Shown here one piece after another: positions 28,892-38,360 of a stretch of DNA of 64,000 bases. The number at the start of each line of letters is the position of its first letter. Positions within the stretch are counted from its first letter, which is position 1. Source of the DNA: Candidatus Latescibacterota bacterium (GTDB lineage: Bacteria; Latescibacterota; UBA2968). The position numbers and the translations under genes are program-made. The DNA lies in the NCBI GenBank assembly GCA_965204745.1, contig OZ242010.1:3136001-3200000 (forward strand). Direction: 5' to 3'. Below the pieces are notes generated by a model. The model ran no database searches. It was not told the DNA's origin and worked only from the letters and a program-made list of their open reading frames with translations.

Positions 28892-30001
28892 GTGAATCCT
28901 GTGGTTGCACACAGCGCCAATCCTTTTTTGCCCTTGACCGCGGGTTGGATATACGATCAGGTGCGGGCATTGAAGCGGTATCGGCCCATTGTGATGACGC
29001 AGGCGCGGCAGAATTTGGATCGGTTTCCCATGGCGCCGGTTTTGTCAACCGAGGATTTTTCGTCCGCCCGCAGGCTGGCCCTGCGTCTCGCTCGCAAGGT
29101 GCGCGGCGTGTATATAGGGTATGAGCACTGGTTGCGCGAACACAACGCCGCGCTCATCCACGCGCATTTTGGGCAGGAAGGATATCGGTGTTTGTCCGCA
29201 AAGCAGCGCGTGGGCATTCCTCTGGTAACGACGTTTTACGGGCTGGATGTCTCGGCACTGCCCCGGCAGAGGATATGGCGGAGGCGATATGCACGGCTGT
29301 TTGCCGAGGGCGAGGTGTTCACGGTCGAAGGGCCATTGATGGGCGAGCGACTCATCGCGCTAGGCTGTGCGGCGAATCGGGTGGTCGTGCAACATTTGGG
29401 CGTGGATGTGTCGAAAATCCCGTTTGACGCAACGCCGGCAGACGGCCCGCCGGTGGTGCTGACGTACGCGGTGTTTCGGGAGAAAAAGGGATTGATCTAC
29501 GCGATTCGGGCATTTGCAAAAATCGCGGACAAGTATCCCGATGCCCAGTTGCGGATGATCGGCGACGGGCCTTTGCGCCCGCAGTTGGAGGCCGAGATTC
29601 AAAAGCGACGCATGGGCGAGCGCGTCACCATGTTGGGCCTGTTGTCGCATGCCGCCGCGCTCGAGGAATTGCGCCGCGCAACTGTGCTCCTCTATCCGAG
29701 CGTGACCGCGGCAGATGGCGATACCGAAGGCGGCGCGCCGGTCGCGTTGATCGAAGCGATGGCAATGGGCGTTCCCATTGTCTCGTCTTTGCACGCCGAT
29801 ATTCCCGAGGTCGTGATCGACGAATCGTGCGGACTGCTGTTTCCAGAACGCGATGTAGCGGGCTTGGCCGAGGGCTTGACCGCCACACTCAACGCGCCCA
29901 AACGCAACCGAGCGGCCCGTGCTCACGTTGTAGCGCGACACAATTTGGAGAAACAGGTCAAAAAATTAGAGGTGATTTACGATCAGGTGGTGGGCAAATA
30001 A
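28892..30001 (+). CDS. GT4 glycosyltransferase (WcaL-like)
   Basis: IHAHFG, FREKKG, PSVTAADGDTEGGAPVALIEAMA. Confidence 0.9.
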   Translation: MNPVVAHSANPFLPLTAGWIYDQVRALKRYRPIVMTQARQNLDRFPMAPVLSTEDFSSARRLALRLARKVRGVYIGYEHWLREHNAALIHAHFGQEGYRCLSAKQRVGIPLVTTFYGLDVSALPRQRIWRRRYARLFAEGEVFTVEGPLMGERLIALGCAANRVVVQHLGVDVSKIPFDATPADGPPVVLTYAVFREKKGLIYAIRAFAKIADKYPDAQLRMIGDGPLRPQLEAEIQKRRMGERVTMLGLLSHAAALEELRRATVLLYPSVTAADGDTEGGAPVALIEAMAMGVPIVSSLHADIPEVVIDESCGLLFPERDVAGLAEGLTATLNAPKRNRAARAHVVARHNLEKQVKKLEVIYDQVVGK

Positions 30002-30023
30002 ATCGGCTCTCCTCGTTTTTGAT

Positions 30024-30051
30024 TTGACAATTTTTCGCGGTTTCGTAGTAT
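30024..30051 (+). promoter_or_regulatory. Putative sigma-70 promoter
   Basis: TTGACA-16-TAGTAT. Confidence 0.5.
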
Positions 30052-30134
30052 GTCTAACAATGTCGCCCATCTCAAATTCATCTGCAAAGGAGCGTATTTC
30101 ATGTCGCGTTTAGACCTTTTTGGCAGAGGGTTTT

Positions 30135-31058
30135 ATGTCTATAAAAAACAACAACTTACCCCCCCACCCCCCCGAAAAATGTGATGCCATGCGGCATAGG
30201 ACGAGGAAAAAGATGGCTTCGGTTATCGCACTGACAATCGCGTTGATCGCGCTTGGGACAGTTCCGATGCTGGCTCAAACGCCGACGGTGACGATCAGCC
30301 CTAGGGGCAATTACAGCAGCACTTGCTCCGGTGCGGACGCCATCGCGGGTGATCGCGACTGCGATTGGCCCGGCTTGCAGGTCGATGAGGGCGACCGCGT
30401 GGAGTTCGTCATTCGGTTGAACGATGTGCCCGCCAGGGCTTCGCGGGCGATCAGCGTGTCTTATTCCGCTTCTGGCAGTGCGTATAATGTGGATGACCTG
30501 CGCGGCGGGTTGTTGGGAAGTACGCTCAGTCGGGACGATATTCCCAGTTCGGCTGAACGCACTATCTTGGAACGGTATCCCTACAACGCGCTGTCATTCA
30601 GGATCGCGCGAGATGCCGATGCCAGCGACGAGGCCATCACCATGACATTGATCGGCGTTTCCACGGCGTCTGGGATCAACGCCTACACCATCGGCACGCC
30701 CTCAGCCGCGACGGTCGTCATTCGCGGTTCTGCGTCGAGTGCGAACAGCGCGCCCTCCTTCGGCGACCATGCGGTGACGGACAAGACCTTCACTGGCCTC
30801 AACGTTGCGATCCCGTCATTCCAACTACCCGCGGCAACAGGCGGGAATGGCGCGATTGCGTACACGGCTTTGGACCTGCCCGCGGGCCTGACGCTCGACG
30901 ACACGGGCAACGGGGCTTGCTCGGCCCCGCGCACGATCTGCGGCGCGCCCATTGCCGGCGAAACCGTCCGCGTGACCATCACCGCAACGGACGAGGATGC
31001 GGACAGGAGAAGCAGCGACGAGGCCACCCTGTTCTTCACCATCACCACCGGCGGTTAA
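30135..31058 (+). CDS. Secreted Ig-like surface protein, possibly truncated; poly-C tract in leader
   Basis: Signal peptide (..VPMLA-Q), Calx-like unit, putative Ig unit (APSFG...LPAATGGNG...LPAGL); start uncertain. Confidence 0.7.
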   Translation: MSIKNNNLPPHPPEKCDAMRHRTRKKMASVIALTIALIALGTVPMLAQTPTVTISPRGNYSSTCSGADAIAGDRDCDWPGLQVDEGDRVEFVIRLNDVPARASRAISVSYSASGSAYNVDDLRGGLLGSTLSRDDIPSSAERTILERYPYNALSFRIARDADASDEAITMTLIGVSTASGINAYTIGTPSAATVVIRGSASSANSAPSFGDHAVTDKTFTGLNVAIPSFQLPAATGGNGAIAYTALDLPAGLTLDDTGNGACSAPRTICGAPIAGETVRVTITATDEDADRRSSDEATLFFTITTGG

Positions 31059-31140
31059 AAACATCGCCGAGCACTATCGCACGCGCAAGTTGGGCAATCC
31101 AACGCTGATCGTGGATACCAACCACAACAATTCCAAGGAA
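31051..31140 (+). pseudogene. Remnant of class I DAHP synthase
   Basis: AEHYRTRKLGNPTLIVDTNHNNSK resembles the NPxIIVDTNHxNS motif; no start or remainder. Confidence 0.6.
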
Positions 31141-31179
31141 AGGCTAAGCCAACACAAGGGTCTAAATCGGGAGACACAA

Positions 31180-31422
31180 ATGGCATTTATAGAACGCGGT
31201 ACAGTACAAGGTGGCAGTATTTTGCTCTCCAAGCCTTTGACCTTGTCTGAAGGTACGGAAGTCATCATACATATTGAACCGATCAATTCGGCACGCCAAA
31301 GGCCCACAGGCGATGAGGATAAAAATTTTGCCGATTTGCCTTTTTTTGGTATGTGGGCGGAACGCGAGGATATGCCCGACAGTACATTATGGGTGCGAAG
31401 CGCGAAAGGAGCAACGCGATGA
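31180..31422 (+). CDS. Orphan antitoxin-like protein (DUF104/AF2212-like)
   Basis: GTVQGGSILLSKPLTLSEGTEV, FFGMWAEREDM. Confidence 0.55.
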   Translation: MAFIERGTVQGGSILLSKPLTLSEGTEVIIHIEPINSARQRPTGDEDKNFADLPFFGMWAEREDMPDSTLWVRSAKGATR

Positions 31423-31664
31423 CACGAGTCAATGTTTCGTCAGACGCGACAACTGTGGGCGATTTAACCATTGATGCGTTTCGGGAACTCGTCCGAGAAG
31501 TGGTCGTGCAAACGCTCTCGGACCTGCTGACCGACCCCGATGAAGGGCTGGCGTTGCGCGAGGACTTTGTCGAAGAACTCCAGCATTCCCTCGCGGCTGT
31601 GGAAGCAGGCGGCAAAACCATACCCGTGGATCAAGTCGCCGAAAAATTGGGGCTGACGTGGTGA
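31419..31664 (+). CDS. Antitoxin of a RelE-type TA pair
   Basis: Acidic 81 aa, DPDEGLALREDF; stop overlaps toxin start. Confidence 0.7.
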   Translation: MTRVNVSSDATTVGDLTIDAFRELVREVVVQTLSDLLTDPDEGLALREDFVEELQHSLAAVEAGGKTIPVDQVAEKLGLTW

Positions 31665-31927
31665 TGTATCGCGTGGAATTGACGCCCAGTGCCGAAGCCA
31701 ATTTAGGCCGTCTGAACGCGCCAGCCGCGCAACGAGTACTCAAAAGACTGCGGTGGCTAGCCGAGAACTTTGAGACGATTAGACCTGAAGCGCTTACAGG
31801 ACAATGGCGGGGTATGTTCAAGTTGCGTGCCGGCGATTACCGAGTTCTCTATACCTGTAATCGGATAAACCAAAAAATTGTCGTTCACTTTGTCAAACAC
31901 CGTCGAGAAGTGTACAAAATTAAGTAG
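31664..31927 (+). CDS. RelE/ParE-family toxin
   Basis: MYRVELT, FKLRAGDYRVLY, HRREVY. Confidence 0.9.
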   Translation: MYRVELTPSAEANLGRLNAPAAQRVLKRLRWLAENFETIRPEALTGQWRGMFKLRAGDYRVLYTCNRINQKIVVHFVKHRREVYKIK

Positions 31928-32045
31928 AATCGTAGGGACAGGCCCCCGTGCCTGTCCGAAGCAGGGACGGGTTGAGGTATGCCAGTATATAGATCAAGAA
32001 AAATCAATTTCGTATTATCTCTCGCCATTCACCTGTGGTTGCTTT

Positions 32046-33155
32046 ATGAACGATCCTCCATTTCAAAACGCGACGATTGCCATTGTGGGCGTGGGGTTGA
32101 TCGGTGGGTCCCTGGGGTTGGCGTTTAAGCGATTGGGCATTGGGCGCGAGATCCTGGGCATTAGCCGCGCCGAAACCCTGCGCGAGGCCCGCGCGCTCAA
32201 CGCCATTGACGCGGGTTGTGAATACGCCGCGATAGACAATGGCATCAAACGGGCCGATCTGGTGTTTTTGTGTTCGCCCATTTCGCGCATCTTGGCGCAG
32301 TTGCCCCAAGTTCTGAACGCGGCGTCGCCGGGGTGCATCGTCACGGATGTGGGCAGTACCAAGGCCGAGATTGTCGCGTGTGCAGAACGGGCGTCGCGCA
32401 AAGGCGTGCATTTTGTGGGTGGGCATCCCATGGCCGGGTCCGAAAAGACCGGGGTGGGCGCGGCAGATCCCTTTTTGTTTGAAAACGCGCTGTACGCGTT
32501 CACGCCTGCGTGCGGTGTGCCCGACGAAATTGTGGACGCGCTCGTCTCGCTGGTGCAATGTCTCGGCGCGCGGGCCATGTGCATGACCGCTGAAACGCAC
32601 GACCAGGTCGCGGCTACGGTGAGCCATTTGCCGCAACTGATGGCGACCGCCCTCGTCGGCTTGGCGGGCAGGCGCAACGAAGCGGATGGCCTCCCCCTGC
32701 AAATGGCCGCGGGCGGGTTCCGGGATATGACGCGCATTGCGTCTAGCCCTTATGCCATGTGGCGCGACATCTGCCAGACCAATGCCGGCCCCATTCGGGC
32801 GATGATCGACGCGTACCTCGCCGCGCTCGCAGCCATCCGAGACAAGGTCGATCAAGACGCACTCGCAGCGGATTTTGACTATGCCAACCGGGTTCGCGGG
32901 GGCATTCCCAAAGATTCCAAAGGGTTCTTGCGTCCGCTTTGCGAAATTTTGCTCGTGGCAGAGGACAAGCCCGGGGTGATCGCCGACGTGGCGTCTCGCC
33001 TGTCTGCCGAGGGGATCAACATCGAAGATATCGAAGTGCTGAAAGTCCGCGAAGGCGAAGGTGGCACGATTCGGATGGGCTTTGGGCAACGCGCAGATGC
33101 GGCGCGATGCGTGGCGATTTTGCAAGACGCGGGCTATCATGCGCGGTTGCGTTAG
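32046..33155 (+). CDS. tyrA: Prephenate dehydrogenase with C-terminal ACT domain
   Basis: GVGLIGGS, TDVGSTK, GGHPMAGSE, SHLPQ, GFRDMTRIA; ACT DKPGVIA. Confidence 0.92.
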   Translation: MNDPPFQNATIAIVGVGLIGGSLGLAFKRLGIGREILGISRAETLREARALNAIDAGCEYAAIDNGIKRADLVFLCSPISRILAQLPQVLNAASPGCIVTDVGSTKAEIVACAERASRKGVHFVGGHPMAGSEKTGVGAADPFLFENALYAFTPACGVPDEIVDALVSLVQCLGARAMCMTAETHDQVAATVSHLPQLMATALVGLAGRRNEADGLPLQMAAGGFRDMTRIASSPYAMWRDICQTNAGPIRAMIDAYLAALAAIRDKVDQDALAADFDYANRVRGGIPKDSKGFLRPLCEILLVAEDKPGVIADVASRLSAEGINIEDIEVLKVREGEGGTIRMGFGQRADAARCVAILQDAGYHARLR

Positions 33156-33171
33156 GCGATGGGAGAACGGT

Positions 33172-33822
33172 ATGTACGCGGTTGAAGAAGCGCGTGGGCT
33201 TGTGGGCGAATGCGAGGTGCCGGGGGATCCCGATACCGCGCTGTACTTGCTCGGCGCTGCGGCGATGCTACCGCGGTCAGACTTGACCCTGTACGGCATC
33301 TGCGACGCGTGGAAGACCCGCCGCGCCCTGGACTTGTTGCGCCGAATAAACGCCCAACTGGACATTCGCGTGACGCGCTCAAAATCAAAATCCACGGTTC
33401 GCACGGTCCATGTCAAAGGCTCTGAACTGCGGCGCACGCGCCTAGCCGGTGAGCAAACCGCGCTGTTTCTGCAAGAAATCCCGTTCCTCGCTGCACTGGG
33501 CACACAGGCCGCAGGGGAAACCGTGATCCGCGATGCCGAACAGTTGCGCCACGGCGAGATCGACCGCCTGTCCCTGCTCATTCAAAATTTGCGGCAGATG
33601 GGGGCGCGAGTCGGCGAGATGCCCGACGGCTTGGTCGTACAAGGCCCTGCACGCCTTCAGGGCGCAGAGGTCAACGCGGGCGACGACGCACGGATGGCCC
33701 TTGCCCTTGCCCTCGCCGGTCTCGCTGCCGAGGGCGAAACCCGCGTGCTCAATCCGGGAACGATGTGCCGCGACTTTGCCGAGTTATTTGCCCGTTTGTC
33801 AACCCTTGTCAAAAAGAGGTGA
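33172..33822 (+). CDS. Half-size, degenerate EPSP synthase (AroA)-like protein, 216 aa
   Basis: VPGD then the AroA C-terminal half: EIP, GETVIRDAEQLRHGEIDR, GDDARMA. Confidence 0.75.
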   Translation: MYAVEEARGLVGECEVPGDPDTALYLLGAAAMLPRSDLTLYGICDAWKTRRALDLLRRINAQLDIRVTRSKSKSTVRTVHVKGSELRRTRLAGEQTALFLQEIPFLAALGTQAAGETVIRDAEQLRHGEIDRLSLLIQNLRQMGARVGEMPDGLVVQGPARLQGAEVNAGDDARMALALALAGLAAEGETRVLNPGTMCRDFAELFARLSTLVKKR

Positions 33823-33826
33823 GATC

Positions 33827-33985
33827 ATGAAAATCCTGTTCAAACTCGCGTGCTGTGCCGTTTTGCTCATTCTGAGCGGCGTGGCGTTTATCCGCTATAC
33901 TTATAGCTGCTCGTGGAGAGAGAGCTTTGACATCGCAGATGAATTTGTAGATGAATTGCTCGGCGGAGGGAAGGGTGAGAGGTGA
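33827..33985 (+). CDS. Small (52 aa) membrane-anchored protein
   Basis: GAGG RBS, hydrophobic N-terminus, acidic tail. Confidence 0.5.
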   Translation: MKILFKLACCAVLLILSGVAFIRYTYSCSWRESFDIADEFVDELLGGGKGER

Positions 33986-34585
33986 GAAGGGAGACGGGAG
34001 AGGTGAGAGGCAAGAGGCAAGAGGTGAGAGGCAAGAGGGACGCCCAACGCCCAACCGTTCAAGCAATCAGTTGTCCGTTGTCCAACACCGCGCCGATAGC
34101 CTCTCCGCCCCACCTTGTCTGAATCGCGGATTAAACGGATTAGGGGATTGCGCGGATTACCCCCCACATCCCCTCCGCCGCTTCATCCTTCCCCCTCCGC
34201 AGTGTCCTTCGCACGCCCCACCGCAAAACCTATCCCCCCGGCCCCCTTTCCTACGAGGAAAGGGGGAGCGCATGACCGTTTGAAGGTTTGGCTCCCTGGC
34301 TGTTCTGATGGCTTTGAGCGAATGGATCACGCCATAGAAACCCAAAAACCTCTCGCCATTCCCCTCGCAAGACCTCTCGCCATTCCCCCCTTCCTCACAG
34401 GCACAGGCGTAGCCTACAACGAAGCGTAGCGAGTAACGGGGCTAGGGGGGTAGGTCCCAATAAACTGACCACTGACCACTTGGGCGGTGGCGGGGTTGCC
34501 TCACCTCTCCCGTCTTACGTCTCACTGAAGGGGGTTGGGCGAGGTGGGAACTGACCACTGACCACTGACCACTGACCACTGACCA
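33975..34585. repeat. Composite block: GAGGTGA/GAGGCAA heptamers, CGGATT nonamers, family-A element, (CTGACCA)5
   Basis: Direct reading; homologous to 15570-16066. Confidence 0.85.
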
Positions 34586-34589
34586 CTCC

Positions 34590-35462
34590 ATGAACATTCA
34601 CGCAACAAGCCAAGTGCTCGGCGTTATTGGGGATCCGGTAGGGCATTCGTTTTCCCCCGATATGCACAATGCCGCTATCGCCGCATTGGGGATAGACTAT
34701 TGCTACGTGGCGTTTCATGTGCGGCCCGAGCGCGTGAGAGAGGCGATCCATGGCATGCGCGGGTTGAATATCCGCGGCCTGAATGTGACCATTCCGCACA
34801 AGTTGGCGGTGATGGAACACCTGGATCGCATTTCAGAAGAAGCGTTGGCCGTGGGCGCGGTCAATACCATTTCGCATGAAGATGGGGCGTTGGTGGGATA
34901 CAATACCGATGGGTATGGCATTTTGACCGCGTTGCGCGAAAGCGCAGGGATCGAGACATTGCCCGCGCAATGCGTGGTGCTCGGCGCAGGTGGTGCGGCG
35001 CGTGCCGTGACGTACGCGCTGGGCATGCAGGATGCTGTGCAACAGGTGACGATTTTGAATCGCACGGTAGCGCGGGCCGAGTCCCTGGCAGTGGATATGG
35101 AAAAAATCACCGGGAAGAAGATCGCGGTGGGCGCGTTGGATGCCGAGACGCAACGCAGCTCATTCGCCGACGCAGGCGTGGTGGTGAACGCGACGTCGCT
35201 GGGCATGTACCCCCATGTCGATGCGTCTCCCCTTGCGGATGTGCGCGCAGTGCATTCGGAGTTGGTGCTTTTCGATACCGTGTTCAACCCGTTGGAGACG
35301 CAGTTGATGCGCGCGTTCAAATCAATCGGCGCGCCTGCTTTTGGTGGGTTGGATATGCTGGTCTTTCAAGGGGCGCGGTCCTTTGCGATCTGGACAGGTG
35401 TCGAACCGCCCACGGATGTGATGAAGAACGCGGTTGTCAAACGGGTGCGCCGTGAAGCATAA
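34590..35462 (+). CDS. aroE: Shikimate dehydrogenase
   Basis: HSFSPDMHN, NVTIPHK, GAVNT, NTDG, GAGGAARA, GLDMLVFQG. Confidence 0.95.
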   Translation: MNIHATSQVLGVIGDPVGHSFSPDMHNAAIAALGIDYCYVAFHVRPERVREAIHGMRGLNIRGLNVTIPHKLAVMEHLDRISEEALAVGAVNTISHEDGALVGYNTDGYGILTALRESAGIETLPAQCVVLGAGGAARAVTYALGMQDAVQQVTILNRTVARAESLAVDMEKITGKKIAVGALDAETQRSSFADAGVVVNATSLGMYPHVDASPLADVRAVHSELVLFDTVFNPLETQLMRAFKSIGAPAFGGLDMLVFQGARSFAIWTGVEPPTDVMKNAVVKRVRREA

Positions 35463-36219
35463 GACGCAAAACGAGAGACTCGCGCGCGAGGTGTTGACAG
35501 AGCGGGAAGCCAAGCGCGTTTTTGTGCGGCAGATATTCGACCGCATTGCGCGCAGGTACGATTTGCTCAACCACCTGTTGAGCCTGGGCATCGATGTTCT
35601 GTGGCGAAAAAAAGCCATTGACCACTTGCACCCTGCACCGCGCTGGCGGGTTTTGGATTTGGCCACGGGCACGGGCGATTTGGGCTTTGAAGCGGGCAAC
35701 CGCCACCGGGATGTGCAGGTGATCGGCGCGGATATTTCGCTGCCGATGTTGCGCCGAGGCATGCACAAAAACGCATCGCGGGCACATCCGGTCGCGTTCC
35801 TGTGTGGGGATGGCGAGTGCCTGCCCTTTGCCGATGGCACATTTGACGGGGTGACGATTGGGTTTGGCATTCGCAACATGGCGTCGTTGGATGCCGCGCT
35901 CGAGGAGATGTGCCGCGTGCTCAAGCCGGGTGGGCGCGTGGCGGTGCTCGAGTTTTCAAGGCCGCGTACCCCGGTGTTTCGCGGGCTTTACAATTTTTAT
36001 TTTGAACACATCTTGCCGCGCATTGGGCAGTTCGTTTCCCGCGATCCCAATGCGTATCGCTATTTGTACGAGTCCGTGATGCGCTTTCCCGAAGGCGATG
36101 CGTTCTGCCGATACATGGCCAATGCGGGCCTTGTCGATGTGCAGACGATTCGGTTGACCTTTGGGATCGCGACCATTTATTTGGCGTCAAAATCCCAAGG
36201 CGAAAAGCCGTTGCGGTGA
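35452..36219 (+). CDS. ubiE: Ubiquinone/menaquinone C-methyltransferase
   Basis: YDLLNHLLSLG, LDLATGTGD, FGIRN, YRYLYES; start may be 35491. Confidence 0.92.
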   Translation: MKHKTQNERLAREVLTEREAKRVFVRQIFDRIARRYDLLNHLLSLGIDVLWRKKAIDHLHPAPRWRVLDLATGTGDLGFEAGNRHRDVQVIGADISLPMLRRGMHKNASRAHPVAFLCGDGECLPFADGTFDGVTIGFGIRNMASLDAALEEMCRVLKPGGRVAVLEFSRPRTPVFRGLYNFYFEHILPRIGQFVSRDPNAYRYLYESVMRFPEGDAFCRYMANAGLVDVQTIRLTFGIATIYLASKSQGEKPLR

Positions 36220-36239
36220 AAGACGCGAAAACCGCCTAT

Positions 36240-36610
36240 TAGCAAATGTGTTGCTTGCTGATTTAAGGCGTTTGGTCCTACAGCCTCGTTGGTTGCCTCC
36301 GATGCCTTCGGCGACTTACTTTTTTTCAACAGCAAAAAAAAGTAAGCAAAAAATGCCGCTCTCAAACGCCGAGAGGCTTGCACAGCGCAAATCGCTTTTG
36401 TAGCAGGACGACATGCGTCAGCCTGCAAGGTGGGTTGCATAATGGATGTTGATTGCGAAACGGACTTGCGCGCTGTGCGTGATGGCTTGATCGGAGGGGG
36501 TTTTGCGATGGCATTTGTTGTGATGCCTTCTTTGAACTGCGGAACGGCAGTGAATACGATGCAACAAAAGTGAGAATGCTGAAGCAACGACTGTTTCAGT
36601 TTCTCAAAGT
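36240..36610. repeat. Family-B element internal segment lacking the 28-nt cassette
   Basis: Homologous to 10914-11290 and 11736-11770. Confidence 0.8.
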
Positions 36611-36635
36611 TCTGATAATTCCTTTGAGAGGTCTT

Positions 36636-38342
36636 ATGGTCCATTCCTTTGTCGAAGAAATCGCATTGCAGGTGTCAACCGCGACCGAGATGCCCGCCGA
36701 TGAGGTGATGGCATTGATCGAAACGCCGCCGAAACCGGATCTGGGGGATTACGCACTGCCGTGTTTTGCACTGGCGAAACTTCTCCGCAAAGCGCCGCAT
36801 CTCATCGCCCGAGAACTGGCTGGACAAATTGCCACCGGGGGGCGCATTTCAGACGTGCGTCCCACAGGGCCGTATCTCAACTTTTTTTTGTCCAAGACCC
36901 ATCTCGTCGCCGAAACCCTATCGGAGATTCTCGATCAGGGCGCGGATTACGGGCGCAACGATGCGGGCGTGGGCAAGACCATTGTGATCGATTTTTCGCA
37001 TCCCAACATCGCCAAGCCCTTTGGCATTCACCACTTGCGATCCACCGTGATCGGCAACGCGCTTCGCAATATTTACCGCGCATTGGGGTACGAAGTCGTG
37101 GGCGTGAATCACTTGGGCGATTGGGGATCGCAATTTGCCAAACTCATTCTCGCGTGGAACTACTGGGGCGAGGGCGAGTTGACTGCGGATATTACCATTC
37201 AAAAATTGTTGGCGCTCTACGTCCGCATTCACGAGGAAATCGAGGACAATCCCGAATTGGAACGCGAAGCCCGCGCGTGGTTTCGCCGCCTCGAAGCCGG
37301 GGATGCAGAAGCCGTGCGGATGTGGCAGGTGTGCGTGGATGTGAGTTTTAAGGAGTTTGACCGGGTGTACAAGATGCTGGACATTGGGTTTGAGTCTATC
37401 GCGGGCGAGAGTTTTTATCAGGACAAGATGCCCGCGGTTTTGGCGCAGTTGCGGGAACAGGGCCTGTTGACCCAAAGCGGCGGCGCGAGCATCGTGGATT
37501 TGGAAGCGTGGGACATGCCCCCGTTTATCGCATTGCGAAGCGACGACGCGACCCTGTACGGCACGCGCGATTTGGCCGCGCTGATGTATCGGTGGAAAAC
37601 CTACCGCTTTGAAAAATTGCTCTACGTGGTGGATGTGGCGCAGGCACTCTATTTTCGGCAGTTGTTTCAGGTGCTGGAACTGATGGGGTGCGATTGGCGC
37701 GACAAATGCGCGCATGTGCAATTTGGTCGCCTGCGATTCAAAGGCGGCGGCGGGGCGTCCACGCGCAAGGGCAATGTGATTTTTTTGGAAGACGTGTTGA
37801 CCCGCGCCATTGAATTGGCGCGAGGGATCATGGCCGATAAAAATCCCGATTTGCCAAACCGCGAGCAGATCGCCCAAGATGTGGGCATCGGCGCGATTAT
37901 TTTTGCGGATTTGGATTCCAAGCGCGCGCGCGACGTCGTGTTCGATTGGGACGAGGTGCTCAATTTCAATGGCGAAACCGGGCCTTATGTGCAATATACC
38001 CACGCGCGGTATTGCAGTGTGTTGCGCCGCTATGCAGGCCCCTTGCCCCCGCGGGAGGTGGATTTTGAGTTGCTGTGCGAACCGGAGGCCATCGAGGTGG
38101 TCAAGTGCCTCGCGCGGTTCCCCGGTCAGCTTCAAAAGGCTGCGGACGAGTGCGAACCGTCTGCGATAGCCGGGTTGATGATCGAGTTGTGTACGGTCGC
38201 CAACCGGTTTTACAATGCCCACCAAGTCCTTTCCGCCCGCGCGGAGTTGACCGCGGCTCGGGTCGCGCTGGTCTATGCGATCAAAACCGTGCTGGCCTCT
38301 AACCTGGCCTTGCTCGGGATGAAGGCGCCAGAGCAGATGTGA
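36636..38342 (+). CDS. argS: Arginine--tRNA ligase
   Basis: DFSHPNIAKPFGIHHLRST, NHLGDWG, STRKG, GETGPYVQYTHAR, APEQM. Confidence 0.95.
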   Translation: MVHSFVEEIALQVSTATEMPADEVMALIETPPKPDLGDYALPCFALAKLLRKAPHLIARELAGQIATGGRISDVRPTGPYLNFFLSKTHLVAETLSEILDQGADYGRNDAGVGKTIVIDFSHPNIAKPFGIHHLRSTVIGNALRNIYRALGYEVVGVNHLGDWGSQFAKLILAWNYWGEGELTADITIQKLLALYVRIHEEIEDNPELEREARAWFRRLEAGDAEAVRMWQVCVDVSFKEFDRVYKMLDIGFESIAGESFYQDKMPAVLAQLREQGLLTQSGGASIVDLEAWDMPPFIALRSDDATLYGTRDLAALMYRWKTYRFEKLLYVVDVAQALYFRQLFQVLELMGCDWRDKCAHVQFGRLRFKGGGGASTRKGNVIFLEDVLTRAIELARGIMADKNPDLPNREQIAQDVGIGAIIFADLDSKRARDVVFDWDEVLNFNGETGPYVQYTHARYCSVLRRYAGPLPPREVDFELLCEPEAIEVVKCLARFPGQLQKAADECEPSAIAGLMIELCTVANRFYNAHQVLSARAELTAARVALVYAIKTVLASNLALLGMKAPEQM

Positions 38343-38360
38343 TGTTTGGGGGAGAACGCC

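Noticed and set aside
32004-33581. Long antisense ORFs (525 aa here; also 36918-38453, 1237-2475)
   Set aside because: Shadow frames of well-supported GC-rich genes with no recognisable motifs
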